From NCBI GenBank assembly GCA_964432835.1, contig CAYSPA010000002.1:10113-47626 (forward strand): a DNA stretch of 37,514 nt, read 5' to 3'. Each line of letters opens with the position of its first letter. The first letter of the stretch is position 1. The translations under genes and the position numbers were made by a program. This DNA is from an uncultured Thermoplasmatales archaeon (lineage in GTDB: Archaea; Thermoplasmatota; E2; DHVEG-1; B18-G2). Shown piece by piece: positions 1-8,852 of this stretch. The notes under the pieces are model-generated. The model saw only the letters and a program-made list of their open reading frames with translations. It ran no database searches and was not told the origin of the DNA.

Positions 1-83
1 AATATATTTTTCGCATCTGGAATGCCAGGTGACATCGGTAGTATTTCGCTTTCCCCAATAAACATCCGCGGAGTATCATTCCC

Positions 84-109
84 CAGATGGATGTCATTCC
101 ATCCATCTG
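84..109. repeat. Perfect 10-bp inverted repeat (CAGATGGATG / CATCCATCTG) with a 6-nt loop, about 95 nt upstream of lhr
   Basis: Read directly from the sequence. Arms are 84-93 and 100-109, which are exact reverse complements. Loop is TCATTC. Confidence 0.6.
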
Positions 110-167
110 AGAAAATGTTACGATGTTGGTTTTACTTTACACGTTCCATGTACTCTTGGTAGAATAT

Positions 168-175
168 CTTATAAA
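168..175 (+). promoter_or_regulatory. Putative TATA box (CTTATAAA) for lhr
   Basis: AT-rich octamer about 27-34 nt upstream of the ATG at 202. This fits an archaeal promoter giving a leaderless or very short-leader mRNA. Confidence 0.3.
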
Positions 176-201
176 CCCTGTAGCATAATTACCCTTCTCT
201 T

Positions 202-2784
202 ATGCCAATAGAGTTTATAGAGAAGCCATGGAGTGAAGAGGAATCCCTCGCCTGCTTAGATGAGGATATAAGAAGATGGTTTAGGAATAAGTTTAAAACT
301 CTCACGCCGCCGCAGAGATACTCCTTCAAGTTACTCTCGGAAGGGAGAAATGTTATCATCACCGCTCCCACCGGCTCCGGTAAAACCTTCTCCGCTTTTA
401 TGGTTATTCTCAGTGAGCTATTCAAACTCAGCAAGGCAAAAAATCTTGAGGATAAAGTATACTGTATATACGTAAGCCCCTTACGTGCACTGGACAATGA
501 TATCTATAAAAATTTGATGATACCTCTTAAAGAGATAAGCGAGGAGATGGAAGAAGTTAGTGAAATAAGGATAGCCATAAGAACGGGTGATATAAGACCA
601 TATGAAAAGCAGAAGCAACTCAGGAAACCCCCACACATTCTCATCACAACGCCGGAGAGTCTCGCCATCATACTCAACTCAAGGAAATTCATAGAGAAAC
701 TCAGGGATGTGAGATGGGTTGTTATAGATGAGATACATGAGCTTGCATCGAGTAAAAGAGGGGTACATCTCTCACTTTCACTGGAAAGACTGCAGGAAAT
801 GTGCAGGGAAAAGTTTGTAAGAATCGGTCTCGGAGCGACTTTACATCCCATAGAAGAAATCGCGAAATTCGTGGTTGGATATGAAAATGGTAAACCGAGA
901 GATTGTGCTATCGTCGATGTTACTTGGTTCAAACCTTTTGACCTCAAACTCATCTGTCCAACAGATGATATCATCTACACGGATGCCGAAACCCTGAATC
1001 AACTAATGTATAAGGAGCTTGAAGAAATTATAGAAAAACATCACACCACGTTGATTTTTACCAACACGAGGTCGGGAACAGAGAGAGTGGTGCACCACCT
1101 CAAAAAGTCTGGGAGATTTGATGAGGATTCCATAGCAGCTCATCACGGCTCACTTTCGAGGGATATAAGATGGGATGTAGAAAACAGACTTAAAGAAGGG
1201 AGGCTTAAGGCGGTTGTGTCGTCCACGAGCCTTGAACTCGGGATTGATATAGGTTATATAGATGTGGTGGTACAGATCGGCTCTCCGAAATCCGTGTCAA
1301 GATGTGTGCAGAGAATAGGAAGGAGTGGGCACAGCCTGGAAGACACCGCTAAAGGTATCCTGATAGGGATGGATAGGGATGACCTCATCGAGTGTGGTGT
1401 CATGCTTAAAAGTGTTATGGATAAAAAACTCGACGAAATCAGCATACCCAGAAATTGTATAGATGTTCTCTCTCAGCACCTTGTTGGAATGGCTCTAAAT
1501 AAAAAGTGGAGGGTGGAGGAAGCTCTCAATCTGATTAGAAGGAGTTACTGCTATCGGGATTTTCCGTATGAGAGATTCGTTTCCGTTCTTCATTATCTGG
1601 CGGGGCACTATGCCGACCTGGAACATCAGAGTGTATATGGTAAAATATGGTTCGATGAGAAAGAAGGAGTGTTTGGGAGAAGGGGAAAATATACGAAAGT
1701 TATTTATTATCTGAATACCGGAACCATACCGGATGAGGTAAAGGTGGATGTGTACAAGCTCAATCCGAGGAGATATGTCGGGGATATTGAGGAAGAATTC
1801 CTCGAAAGATTGAGAAAGGGAGACATATTTGTTCTCGGGGGCAAAACGTACGAGTTCAGGTATGCGAGAGGAATGAGGTGCTACGTCGAAGAAAGGGAGG
1901 AGGAAACGCCCACGATACCCGCATGGTTTTCAGAACTGTTGCCCCTGAGTTACGACCTTGCAATAGAAATAGGTAAATTCAGAAGGAGGGTAGAAGAGAG
2001 GCTTGAAAAGGGAGAGAGTATAGATGATATTATCTCTGAGTTGCCCGCAGATCACAGAGCGAAAAAAGCGATAAAAGAATACTTTATCGCCCAGTACAGG
2101 TATGCCAGAACCATTCCCACGGATAGGAAGATAGTCATAGAAAAGACGAGAGACCTCAAGGGAAGAAGGGTTATAATCTTCCATGCACTGTTTGGAAGAA
2201 GAGTCAATGATACTCTCTCGAGGTTGTTCGCCATAATTGCGGGAAAGAAATACAGGGTGGACATCAGAATAACGGTCAACGATAATGGTTTTTCTCTTAT
2301 GCCCTCCAAGGAGAAGGATATAGATATCGATAAACTGATTCGTGAGGCGACGGAGGCAAATGTGAGAGGGATACTGAAGGAGAACATAAGAAAAACTGAG
2401 CTGATGAAACGGAGGTTCAGGCACTGCGCCGCCAGGAGTTTTCTCATACTTAAAAACTATAAAGGTCATAAGATCAGTGTCAGAAAGCAGCAGATAAATG
2501 CTGAAAAATTGATAAGGATATGTGAGTTGATAGACCCGGAGTTTCCGATAATAGAGGAAACCTACAGAGAGATTCTGGAGGATCTCATGGATATAAGAAA
2601 AACCGAAATCGTTCTGAAAGATTTAAAAAATGGAAGTTTGAAATATGAGGTCATAGAAACACCCGTACCTTCTCCGTTTGCTCACAATCTCATCGTACTG
2701 GGTGAGGCGGATATCGTGCTGATGAAAGACAGAAGAGAAAGATTGATGGAATTGCACGAAAGGATAATGAAGGAGATCGCATGA
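202..2784 (+). CDS. lhr: Lhr-type (large helicase-related) superfamily-2 ATP-dependent DNA helicase
   Basis: Walker A motif APTGSGKT, DEIH box (VVIDEIHEL), SAT-like and HHGSLS/QRIGRSGH motifs. The roughly 400-aa C-terminal extension is typical of Lhr-core. Length is 860 aa. Confidence 0.85.
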   Translation: MPIEFIEKPWSEEESLACLDEDIRRWFRNKFKTLTPPQRYSFKLLSEGRNVIITAPTGSGKTFSAFMVILSELFKLSKAKNLEDKVYCIYVSPLRALDNDIYKNLMIPLKEISEEMEEVSEIRIAIRTGDIRPYEKQKQLRKPPHILITTPESLAIILNSRKFIEKLRDVRWVVIDEIHELASSKRGVHLSLSLERLQEMCREKFVRIGLGATLHPIEEIAKFVVGYENGKPRDCAIVDVTWFKPFDLKLICPTDDIIYTDAETLNQLMYKELEEIIEKHHTTLIFTNTRSGTERVVHHLKKSGRFDEDSIAAHHGSLSRDIRWDVENRLKEGRLKAVVSSTSLELGIDIGYIDVVVQIGSPKSVSRCVQRIGRSGHSLEDTAKGILIGMDRDDLIECGVMLKSVMDKKLDEISIPRNCIDVLSQHLVGMALNKKWRVEEALNLIRRSYCYRDFPYERFVSVLHYLAGHYADLEHQSVYGKIWFDEKEGVFGRRGKYTKVIYYLNTGTIPDEVKVDVYKLNPRRYVGDIEEEFLERLRKGDIFVLGGKTYEFRYARGMRCYVEEREEETPTIPAWFSELLPLSYDLAIEIGKFRRRVEERLEKGESIDDIISELPADHRAKKAIKEYFIAQYRYARTIPTDRKIVIEKTRDLKGRRVIIFHALFGRRVNDTLSRLFAIIAGKKYRVDIRITVNDNGFSLMPSKEKDIDIDKLIREATEANVRGILKENIRKTELMKRRFRHCAARSFLILKNYKGHKISVRKQQINAEKLIRICELIDPEFPIIEETYREILEDLMDIRKTEIVLKDLKNGSLKYEVIETPVPSPFAHNLIVLGEADIVLMKDRRERLMELHERIMKEIA

Positions 2785-3524
2785 AGCTGATGGAAAATGT
2801 AATCGCCGTCGAACCTTATCCTGTAATCTACATCAATGACTTAGACTTGATGGTCGCATCCGACCTGCATCTTGGATTTGAAATAGTATCTGCGGAGCAT
2901 GGGATATTCATACCCAGGGTTCAGTTCAAAAGGGTGAAAAAAATTATAGAGGAATCTGCAAAGAAGAGCGGAGCCAGAAGGGTGCTTCTGCTTGGAGACG
3001 TAAAACACGAATTTTCCGAGACGGGATATCATGAGTACAAAGAGGTATCTCTTATGCTGGAATATCTCAAGAGGAAATTCAGAGAGGTTATCCTCGTCAA
3101 GGGTAATCACGATACCTTTATCATCAGAATGACGAGAAAATATGGGATAGAAGTGTATGACATCTACAATGAAGAGGACTATACATTTCTCCATGGGCAT
3201 AAAGACGTGGATGTTGGTGATATAAAGAGTAGAGTTCTTATCATGGGACATGAGCATCCATCCATTTCCCTTTTCACGGATATAGGTGTTAAAGAGAAAC
3301 TCAAGGTTTTCCTGTACGGTGAATGGAAGGGAAAAAGTGTTCTGGTTCTTCCCGCTGTGAGCTACTTCGCCGAGGGGAGCGATGTGAATGTCTTGCCAAA
3401 AGAGGAACTTATATCTCCCTTACTCAGGAGGATGGACATAGATAAATTTAAAGTGGTCGGTATACTCGAGGATGACCGCTATCTTGAACTGCCAGAGGTT
3501 GGGAAGTTGAGGAGATATGGATAG
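2781..3524 (+). CDS. Calcineurin-like metallophosphoesterase (Lhr-associated MPE-type nuclease/phosphoesterase)
   Basis: Metallophosphoesterase motifs in order: DLHLG, GDVKHE, GNHD, HGH, GHEH. The start overlaps the lhr stop as ATGA. Confidence 0.75.
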   Translation: MKLMENVIAVEPYPVIYINDLDLMVASDLHLGFEIVSAEHGIFIPRVQFKRVKKIIEESAKKSGARRVLLLGDVKHEFSETGYHEYKEVSLMLEYLKRKFREVILVKGNHDTFIIRMTRKYGIEVYDIYNEEDYTFLHGHKDVDVGDIKSRVLIMGHEHPSISLFTDIGVKEKLKVFLYGEWKGKSVLVLPAVSYFAEGSDVNVLPKEELISPLLRRMDIDKFKVVGILEDDRYLELPEVGKLRRYG

Positions 3525-4107
3525 CAAGAGTTTTCTGAGAATGAGAGAAAGGGCTCTGAGGGCTCTCGAAAAGGCGATTCAGGAAGAGAAGGTGGATGAA
3601 GATATCATCGATATCCTCGATATCCTCAACAAGAACAAGAATATCTTCACAACAAGCAGTTGTAGCGGAAGAGCGGTTATTATCGAAGTTCCTTATCCCG
3701 GAGCGAAGCCGGGCGCGAGATTTCTCGGAAAATGGCACAAGAGGGTTGAAAAAGAGGATGTGTACCGTTCTCTGGAATCGGCCCGAGGTGGCTTTCTAAT
3801 GTTCATGGTTCATCCTCCAATAATACATGCTGTCGTCGGGGATCCTCTCACAGGAGAAAAGCTGGTCAAAGCGGCTCTATCAAGCGGTTTTAAAAACTCC
3901 GGAATGAGGGGAATTAAAGGTAAAATCGTTGTGGAGTTGAGAAGTACCGAGCGAATGGATGTGCTGATAGGAAAGGATCGCGAGCTCCTCGTTGATGATA
4001 GGTACATTGAAGTATTATGTGAGATGGCCAACCTCATGCTTGAAAAGGGTAAGAGAAAACTCCATATTCTGAAGGAATATCTTAACAGGGTAACATTTAA
4101 TAACTAG
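3517..4107 (+). CDS. taw3: tRNA wyosine-derivative methyltransferase Taw3 (TYW3 family)
   Basis: The signature TSSCSGR motif is present and the size (196 aa) is typical. It overlaps the preceding gene by 8 nt. Confidence 0.7.
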   Translation: MDSKSFLRMRERALRALEKAIQEEKVDEDIIDILDILNKNKNIFTTSSCSGRAVIIEVPYPGAKPGARFLGKWHKRVEKEDVYRSLESARGGFLMFMVHPPIIHAVVGDPLTGEKLVKAALSSGFKNSGMRGIKGKIVVELRSTERMDVLIGKDRELLVDDRYIEVLCEMANLMLEKGKRKLHILKEYLNRVTFNN

Positions 4108-4257
4108 CAAAACAAATTCGTAATGGGTGTACGATATGGATGATTTTGAAAACCTGGAAATCCTCCTTGAAAATCCAAACTGCAGCAGAATAAGAAAAGA
4201 GATGATTCGCGAGATCTTCAGATACTACGTGTTTCTCGACCCACCAGATATGGAAAA

Positions 4258-4623
4258 TTAAATGTTAAATCTGTTGTTCCTCGATAACCATACCCTTCTT
4301 GCAAGCATCCTGTATATCCTCCCAGGATCATCATCTATACTTTTGTTTGCTTCCTTCTTTATGGCTTCCATGTTGAGATACCAGTAATACTTTCTGAACA
4401 ATCTGTTCTTCTTTTTTATCTCCTCCCTCCTGACCTTCACAAATCTCTCGTTCTGTAAGTCATAAAGGAGAGACCTCACATATTTATCAATGGATGCATC
4501 GTCGACCTCATCCCCATTCCTGAAGATGTTGCTTATTATTCTTGCAAGTTTTTTTGCGTCTTCATCATTCATCTCAAATTTGTTCTTGAATGCTTTAAAC
4601 AGCAGTTTCGTCACTCCTCTCAT
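4258..4623 (-). CDS. Hypothetical basic protein, possibly nucleic-acid binding
   Basis: 121-aa ORF with a Lys/Arg-rich C-terminal half. It is divergent from the wHTH gene at 4764. I recognise no motif. Confidence 0.45.
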   Translation of the reverse strand: MRGVTKLLFKAFKNKFEMNDEDAKKLARIISNIFRNGDEVDDASIDKYVRSLLYDLQNERFVKVRREEIKKKNRLFRKYYWYLNMEAIKKEANKSIDDDPGRIYRMLARRVWLSRNNRFNI

Positions 4624-4763
4624 CTTTAAATACCTCTTTTGAGCAATTAATAAAGCGATTTTTGTACAAATGTTATCAAGTCAAAGAGTTGCATATCTCA
4701 TAGACCCATGATAACAATAAACATTATATAGAGGTAAAAGTATTTGATGAATGGAGGTGGTGT

Positions 4764-5087
4764 ATGGGAGGAAAGAGGTCGCCCCTGCTCGATGGAACGA
4801 TCTCGGATGTGAAAATCTTGGAAAGGCATCTCAAAGTTTTGAAAGCGGTGATAGAAAACGAACCAATAGGAATAATAAGGCTTTCTCAGAAGACCGGTCT
4901 TCCCCTACATGCCGTAAGATACTCTCTCAGGATACTGGAAGGGGAGGGACTGATAGAGCCATCAAAAAGTGGGGCTATAACAACAGATAAAATTCACGAA
5001 GCCCTCGGGATGATAGAATCCACACTCGATGACCTTGTGACCACACTCAAAGACATTAAAAGAGATCTGGAGGTACGGAAAGATTGA
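4764..5087 (+). CDS. Small archaeal winged-helix transcriptional regulator
   Basis: The segment PIGIIRLSQKTGLPLHAVRYSLRILEGEGLIEPS has an HTH-plus-wing pattern. A GGAGGTGGTG Shine-Dalgarno-like run precedes the ATG and a TATA-like TTATATA lies at 4724-4730. Confidence 0.6.
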   Translation: MGGKRSPLLDGTISDVKILERHLKVLKAVIENEPIGIIRLSQKTGLPLHAVRYSLRILEGEGLIEPSKSGAITTDKIHEALGMIESTLDDLVTTLKDIKRDLEVRKD

Positions 5088-5104
5088 TCCTCACTTACCA
5101 GTTT

Positions 5105-5314
5105 TTACTTACCCGCTTCTCTCTTGCGCCGGCCGCCGAGGAACATCCCCGCATAGATCAGTAGGATTCCGACAATGGATGCACCTATCCCCATATATCC
5201 GGATAGAGGATAGACCGTTGTGATATAGTCGGTCATCATCGCAAAGAGGTGTATCAAGATCACCCCGATAGCAAAAAGAATTCCACCCGAAATTAGCAGG
5301 TCTATCCTCATCAT
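5105..5314 (-). CDS. Small membrane protein with two predicted TM helices
   Basis: 69-aa ORF with two hydrophobic stretches and a basic C-terminal tail (GGRRKREAGK). Confidence 0.4.
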   Translation of the reverse strand: MMRIDLLISGGILFAIGVILIHLFAMMTDYITTVYPLSGYMGIGASIVGILLIYAGMFLGGRRKREAGK

Positions 5315-5423
5315 GTCGGTCTTGCCTTACCTATTTTTAAAATTTTTGGTGAAAACGAGGCATTTCTAACCGTAGAGCTTAAGAACCAATAACCATATAA
5401 TGGAGTCACGAGACGGTGATTTT

Positions 5424-6422
5424 ATGGGAAAGAAGGTTGAACTTGAGAAACTGAGATACGGGACGGAACTACTGAAAAGAGGATTTGCAAAGATGCAGAA
5501 AGGTGGAGTGATAATGGACGTTACCAACGCGGAGCAGGCGAGGATAGCCGAGGATGCGGGAGCTGTAGCCGTAATGGCTCTCGAAAAGGTCCCCGCCGAT
5601 ATCAGAGCATCCGGTGGAGTGGCGAGGATGGCAGACCCCAAGAAGATAACAGAGATAATGGATGCCGTTTCCATACCGGTTATGGCAAAATGCAGAATAG
5701 GTCACTTCGTTGAAGCTCAGGCTCTGGAAGCTCTGGGAGTGGATATGATAGATGAATCCGAGGTTCTGACTCCCGCGGACCCCTTCTACCATATAGATAA
5801 AAGAAAATTCAAGGTTCCTTTCGTCTGTGGATGCAGAAATCTCGGGGAGGCCGTGAGGAGGATATGGGAAGGAGCGGCGATGATAAGAACGAAAGGGGAG
5901 GCGGGTACGGGAAACGTGATAGAAGCTGTGAGGCACATGAGGATGGTCACTGGTAGTATAAAACACTTAGCTGAGATGGATGATGAAGAGCTTTATATCC
6001 TGTCTGAGGAGTACACCCAGAGCTATGCAAAATCCGCCGAAGCAATACTCGGGAGAGAAATCGATGGTAACATACCCGTGTACGGTGACTACCTGTACGA
6101 TGATATCAAAGAAGAGATTTTTGAGATATTGAAGGAAATAAGAAGACTTCAGAGGTTACCGGTCGTAAACTTTGCAGCCGGTGGCATAGCGACTCCCGCG
6201 GATGCTGCGCTGATGATGCAACTCGGAAGTGATGGCGTGTTCGTTGGCTCCGGGATTTTCAAGTCAAGTGAGCCTGAGAAGAGAGCGAGAGCGATAGTCG
6301 AGGCGGTAACCCACTTCGACGAGCCGGAGGTGATAGCAGAGGTCAGCAAGGACCTTGGAGAAGCCATGCCCGGCCTTGATATCAAAAGTTTGGAAGTGAA
6401 GTTACAAGAGAGAGGATGGTGA
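5424..6422 (+). CDS. pdxS: Pyridoxal 5'-phosphate synthase, lyase subunit PdxS
   Basis: Contains [38 protein letters not shown] and later GEAGTGN and FVGSGIFKS motifs. An in-frame alternative ATG lies at 5400. I prefer 5424 because CATATAA at 5393-5399 sits about 27 nt upstream of it. Confidence 0.9.
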   Translation: MGKKVELEKLRYGTELLKRGFAKMQKGGVIMDVTNAEQARIAEDAGAVAVMALEKVPADIRASGGVARMADPKKITEIMDAVSIPVMAKCRIGHFVEAQALEALGVDMIDESEVLTPADPFYHIDKRKFKVPFVCGCRNLGEAVRRIWEGAAMIRTKGEAGTGNVIEAVRHMRMVTGSIKHLAEMDDEELYILSEEYTQSYAKSAEAILGREIDGNIPVYGDYLYDDIKEEIFEILKEIRRLQRLPVVNFAAGGIATPADAALMMQLGSDGVFVGSGIFKSSEPEKRARAIVEAVTHFDEPEVIAEVSKDLGEAMPGLDIKSLEVKLQERGW

Positions 6423-7000
6423 AGATAGGCGTTTTGGCCATTCAAGGTGATGTTTCTGAACACGTGCAAGCTATCAATAGAGCCATGAACATCTTTGGTA
6501 TAAGAGGGCATGTTGTTACCGTGAAGAGAGCGGAAGACGTTGAACATCTGGACGGACTTTTGATTCCAGGGGGAGAAAGTACAGCTATAACGAGGATCAT
6601 GGACAAGTCTGGACTTACCGAAAAAATCAAAAAAGCGTATGTAGAAAAATCGATAGCGATAATGGGAACCTGTGCGGGATGTGTCATTCTTGCAAAGGAA
6701 GTAGAAGGTGGGAAGGTAAGGGGCCTCGAACTGATGGACATGAGGGTCATAAGAAATGCCTTCGGAAGACAGAGGGAATCTTTTGAGGGGTATGTTGAGG
6801 TTAAGGGGCTTAAAGAGCCGTACCCCGCAGTATTCATAAGGGCACCCATCATAGAAAGGGTTTGGGGCAACTGTGAGGTGGTGGCAAAACTCGGTGATAA
6901 AATAGTGGGGGCACAACAGGATACCTCACTGGCTCTTTCCTTCCATCCCGAGCTCACAGAGGATTACAGGATATATCGGTTGTTTTTTGATATTCTGTAG
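6416..7000 (+). CDS. pdxT: Pyridoxal 5'-phosphate synthase, glutaminase subunit PdxT
   Basis: N-terminus [14 protein letters not shown], class I glutamine amidotransferase nucleophile GTCAG, and C-terminal FHPE. It overlaps the pdxS stop by 7 nt. Confidence 0.9.
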   Translation: MVKIGVLAIQGDVSEHVQAINRAMNIFGIRGHVVTVKRAEDVEHLDGLLIPGGESTAITRIMDKSGLTEKIKKAYVEKSIAIMGTCAGCVILAKEVEGGKVRGLELMDMRVIRNAFGRQRESFEGYVEVKGLKEPYPAVFIRAPIIERVWGNCEVVAKLGDKIVGAQQDTSLALSFHPELTEDYRIYRLFFDIL

Positions 7001-7018
7001 ATGATGGAAAAAATGGAT

Positions 7019-7318
7019 TCAGGCTTTCATTATTGCTGCCAAGAAGATGCCAAGGGATATCAAGGCACCAACCAGACCACCAACAATGGAGACTATCCCC
7101 ACCGAGAACATTCCCGACGTGAAGGAGCTCCCTATGTAGTGTAGCCATGTGAAATCTATGTAAAGATATCCAACGATGATACCAATGAGCATGAGCAAAG
7201 CACCAACCGCTCTGCTTCTGCCGGTGCCGAAGTATGCGGTGAAGACTCCCGCCAGAAATGTGCCAATCGCAAATATCAGCATCAACATGCTTAGAAACAA
7301 TCCCATCAGTTCACCCAT
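7019..7318 (-). CDS. Small integral membrane protein
   Basis: 99-aa ORF that is almost entirely hydrophobic, with about three TM segments. Confidence 0.4.
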   Translation of the reverse strand: MGELMGLFLSMLMLIFAIGTFLAGVFTAYFGTGRSRAVGALLMLIGIIVGYLYIDFTWLHYIGSSFTSGMFSVGIVSIVGGLVGALISLGIFLAAIMKA

Positions 7319-7330
7319 CTTTTACACCTC

Positions 7331-7597
7331 CTAGAATTTTGTCCCCGTCAGGGTCTTGGTATCGACGACTCCCTTTATAGATCTTATCTTTTTCACGACA
7401 ATCTCCCCGAGTTTTTCGAAATCGGGCGCCTCTATCTTCGCTATCAGGTCGTACTCTCCAAACAGGGGATGCAGCTCCACTATTTCCTTTATCTTCAGTA
7501 GTTCATTGTAAACCTCGTGCTCATGTGCCGGAGCCGTACTTATTAATACAAACCCTACCGCCATTTCAGTTTCACCACCTACCGAAATAGTTTCCAT
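7331..7597 (-). CDS. Stand-alone Lrp/AsnC-type ligand-binding (RAM) domain protein
   Basis: VGFVLISTAP...VYNELLKIKEIVELHPLFGEYDLIAKIEA...IRSIKGVVDTKT matches the RAM-domain beta-alpha-beta-beta-alpha-beta pattern with no HTH domain. The true start may be the internal ATG at 7564. Confidence 0.6.
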   Translation of the reverse strand: METISVGGETEMAVGFVLISTAPAHEHEVYNELLKIKEIVELHPLFGEYDLIAKIEAPDFEKLGEIVVKKIRSIKGVVDTKTLTGTKF

Positions 7598-7636
7598 AAA
7601 TTTAAAGTTTATTAATTATGGCATATCTCATCGTTA

Positions 7637-7668
7637 ATAAAAAGTTGGTGTTTTTAAAAGTAAAAAAT
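7637..7668 (-). terminator. Oligo-T tracts downstream of the HEPN-like gene
   Basis: On the minus strand, TTTTTT starts 4 nt after the TAA stop and is followed by TTTT and TTTTT runs. These are archaeal-type intrinsic termination signals. Confidence 0.4.
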
Positions 7669-7671
7669 CGG

Positions 7672-8490
7672 TTAGGGCTTAGAAGGATTTATACCGTCTT
7701 TGTATCCTTTCGCTAGAAGTACGGCTCCACTTAACATGATGAGGCTTTCTTCTGGGGTAGGATATGAGCCCACCCGATGGGAGAACTTATTTCTGTAGAG
7801 TTTGATGGCTTGAATGACCTTTTCAGATTCTCTACCCACCATATCTCGGATATAGGGTCGTAGATCCTCCCACTCTGGCTCTTTTCTCTCCACCGCTTCT
7901 TTCATTCCTTTTTCCTCCTTTACCTTAGACTTTATCTTGCTCCAAATGACTTCAATAACTCTTCCAGCTAACAGTACCGAGCAGGTCAAATTCTGGTTCG
8001 AGAAGGCATCTAAAGCCTTCTCCAAATCACTAGCATATTCTGGTAGAAAAGGTTTGATGTTATCTCGAACCTCCTTTTCAAGACTATAGAGTCTTTCTCT
8101 ATCTCGAGATGAAAGTTCGGTGGTGTATAATAAATCATCTATTAGTCTCAGCGTTTTTCTGCTTTCTCCTGCTACCCGTTGTAGGAAAGTCCTAACCTCT
8201 CCCTCATTTGCAGAAGGAGGTATAGGTATAACTTTAGGCAAAACCTTCTCTCCAACCTTCTTTCCCAGATAATCTTGTGTTCGATTGCATAGATCCTCAT
8301 AGTCTTCCCATAAGCCCTCAGTCTCTTCTTCTAGGCGCCTCTCATACAAAGAGGAAAAGGTAAGGCCCATTAAGGCTCTCGAGTCTATATCATCGATGAC
8401 TTTTAAACAATCCTCAGCTCTCTTCAATAGAGCAAACCACTCTTCTTTAAGAGCATTCATTTCAGCCCTCGTGAAGTTAGAGGTATTCAT
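7672..8490 (-). CDS. Hypothetical protein with a C-terminal HEPN-like domain (R-N-x3-H motif)
   Basis: The C-terminal segment reads ...CSVLLAGRVIEVIWSKI...KVIQAIKLYRNKFSHRVGSYPTPEESLIMLSGAVLLA. This has RNKFSH (the Rx4-6H HEPN signature with N after R) at the start of a terminal helix, preceded by a GRxxE helix. The N-terminal roughly 170 aa are helical/coiled-coil. The track ORF starts at a TTG at 8532, but I prefer the ATG at 8490. Confidence 0.55.
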   Translation of the reverse strand: MNTSNFTRAEMNALKEEWFALLKRAEDCLKVIDDIDSRALMGLTFSSLYERRLEEETEGLWEDYEDLCNRTQDYLGKKVGEKVLPKVIPIPPSANEGEVRTFLQRVAGESRKTLRLIDDLLYTTELSSRDRERLYSLEKEVRDNIKPFLPEYASDLEKALDAFSNQNLTCSVLLAGRVIEVIWSKIKSKVKEEKGMKEAVERKEPEWEDLRPYIRDMVGRESEKVIQAIKLYRNKFSHRVGSYPTPEESLIMLSGAVLLAKGYKDGINPSKP

Positions 8491-8543
8491 ATTTTCACAG
8501 CGGGGACTTTCAGAACAATACTGTAAATCCAAAATACATGGCT

Positions 8544-8852
8544 TTACTTAAATGCAATGCTCCTTGCTCCGCTACCTAAAAAGAAGGTGGTCCAGAATCG
8601 ACTGTTATTCTATATTGTTCGCCGTGATGAGTATTTTGTACCGATCATTGAAGCTCCACCCCACTCTATAGCGTTTTGTAAATCATCTGCGCGAGATATG
8701 CTCTTACTCAAAACATATCTGATACAGTAAACATCTTCAAGATTCTGTAAGCCTTTTCTTCCATTTTTAAATAAGTTTGAGAAGACACCTGTAGAACTCG
8801 GAAAATCGCTCCCTTCGTTTTCGCTTTCGATATATTTAATAATTAAAAACTA
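8544..8852 (-). pseudogene. Start-less reading frame interrupted by an in-frame TAG; probable gene remnant
   Basis: On the minus strand there are 79 open codons (8849-8613) with no ATG, GTG or TTG near the 5' end. An in-frame TAG follows at 8612-8610, then 21 more sense codons and a TAA at 8546-8544. The frame ends ...FFLGSGARSIAFK. Confidence 0.35.

Noticed and set aside
1-106. Minus-strand frame opening at the ATG at 106 and running off the left edge (MDGMTSIWGMILRGCLLGKAKYY...)
   Set aside because: Only 35 codons are visible and the composition is not convincing. The ATG lies inside the hairpin palindrome. It cannot be supported without more sequence.
3601-3655. Short tandem nucleotide repeats (GATATCCTC x2, AACAAG x2) inside taw3
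   Set aside because: They simply encode DILDIL and NKNK within an intact reading frame. There is no evidence of slippage or a regulatory role.
4136-4261. 41-codon plus-strand ORF (MDDFENLEILLENPNCSRIRKEMIREIFRYYVFLDPPDMEN) between taw3 and the 121-aa gene
   Set aside because: It is too short and has no recognisable motif or clear ribosome-binding site. It overlaps the convergent gene's stop. I mention it only as a possibility.
5940-6160. Apparent extra segment of about 35-40 aa in PdxS ([51 protein letters not shown]...)
   Set aside because: To my knowledge an insertion at this position is a known feature of archaeal PdxS proteins, so it is not a novelty. It has no intein-like motifs.
8610-8612. 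In-frame TAG in the 8544-8852 frame as a pyrrolysine codon
   Set aside because: The frame has no start codon and no similarity to methylamine methyltransferases. Nothing else in the window suggests Pyl machinery. Pseudogenisation is the simpler explanation.
8624-8722. Possible C/D-box sRNA: GTGATGA (C-box-like) at 8624-8630 and CTGA at 8719-8722
   Set aside because: The boxes are about 90 nt apart. There is no D' (CUGA) about 12 nt after the C box and no C' box. Archaeal C/D sRNAs are about 50-60 nt with regular spacing.
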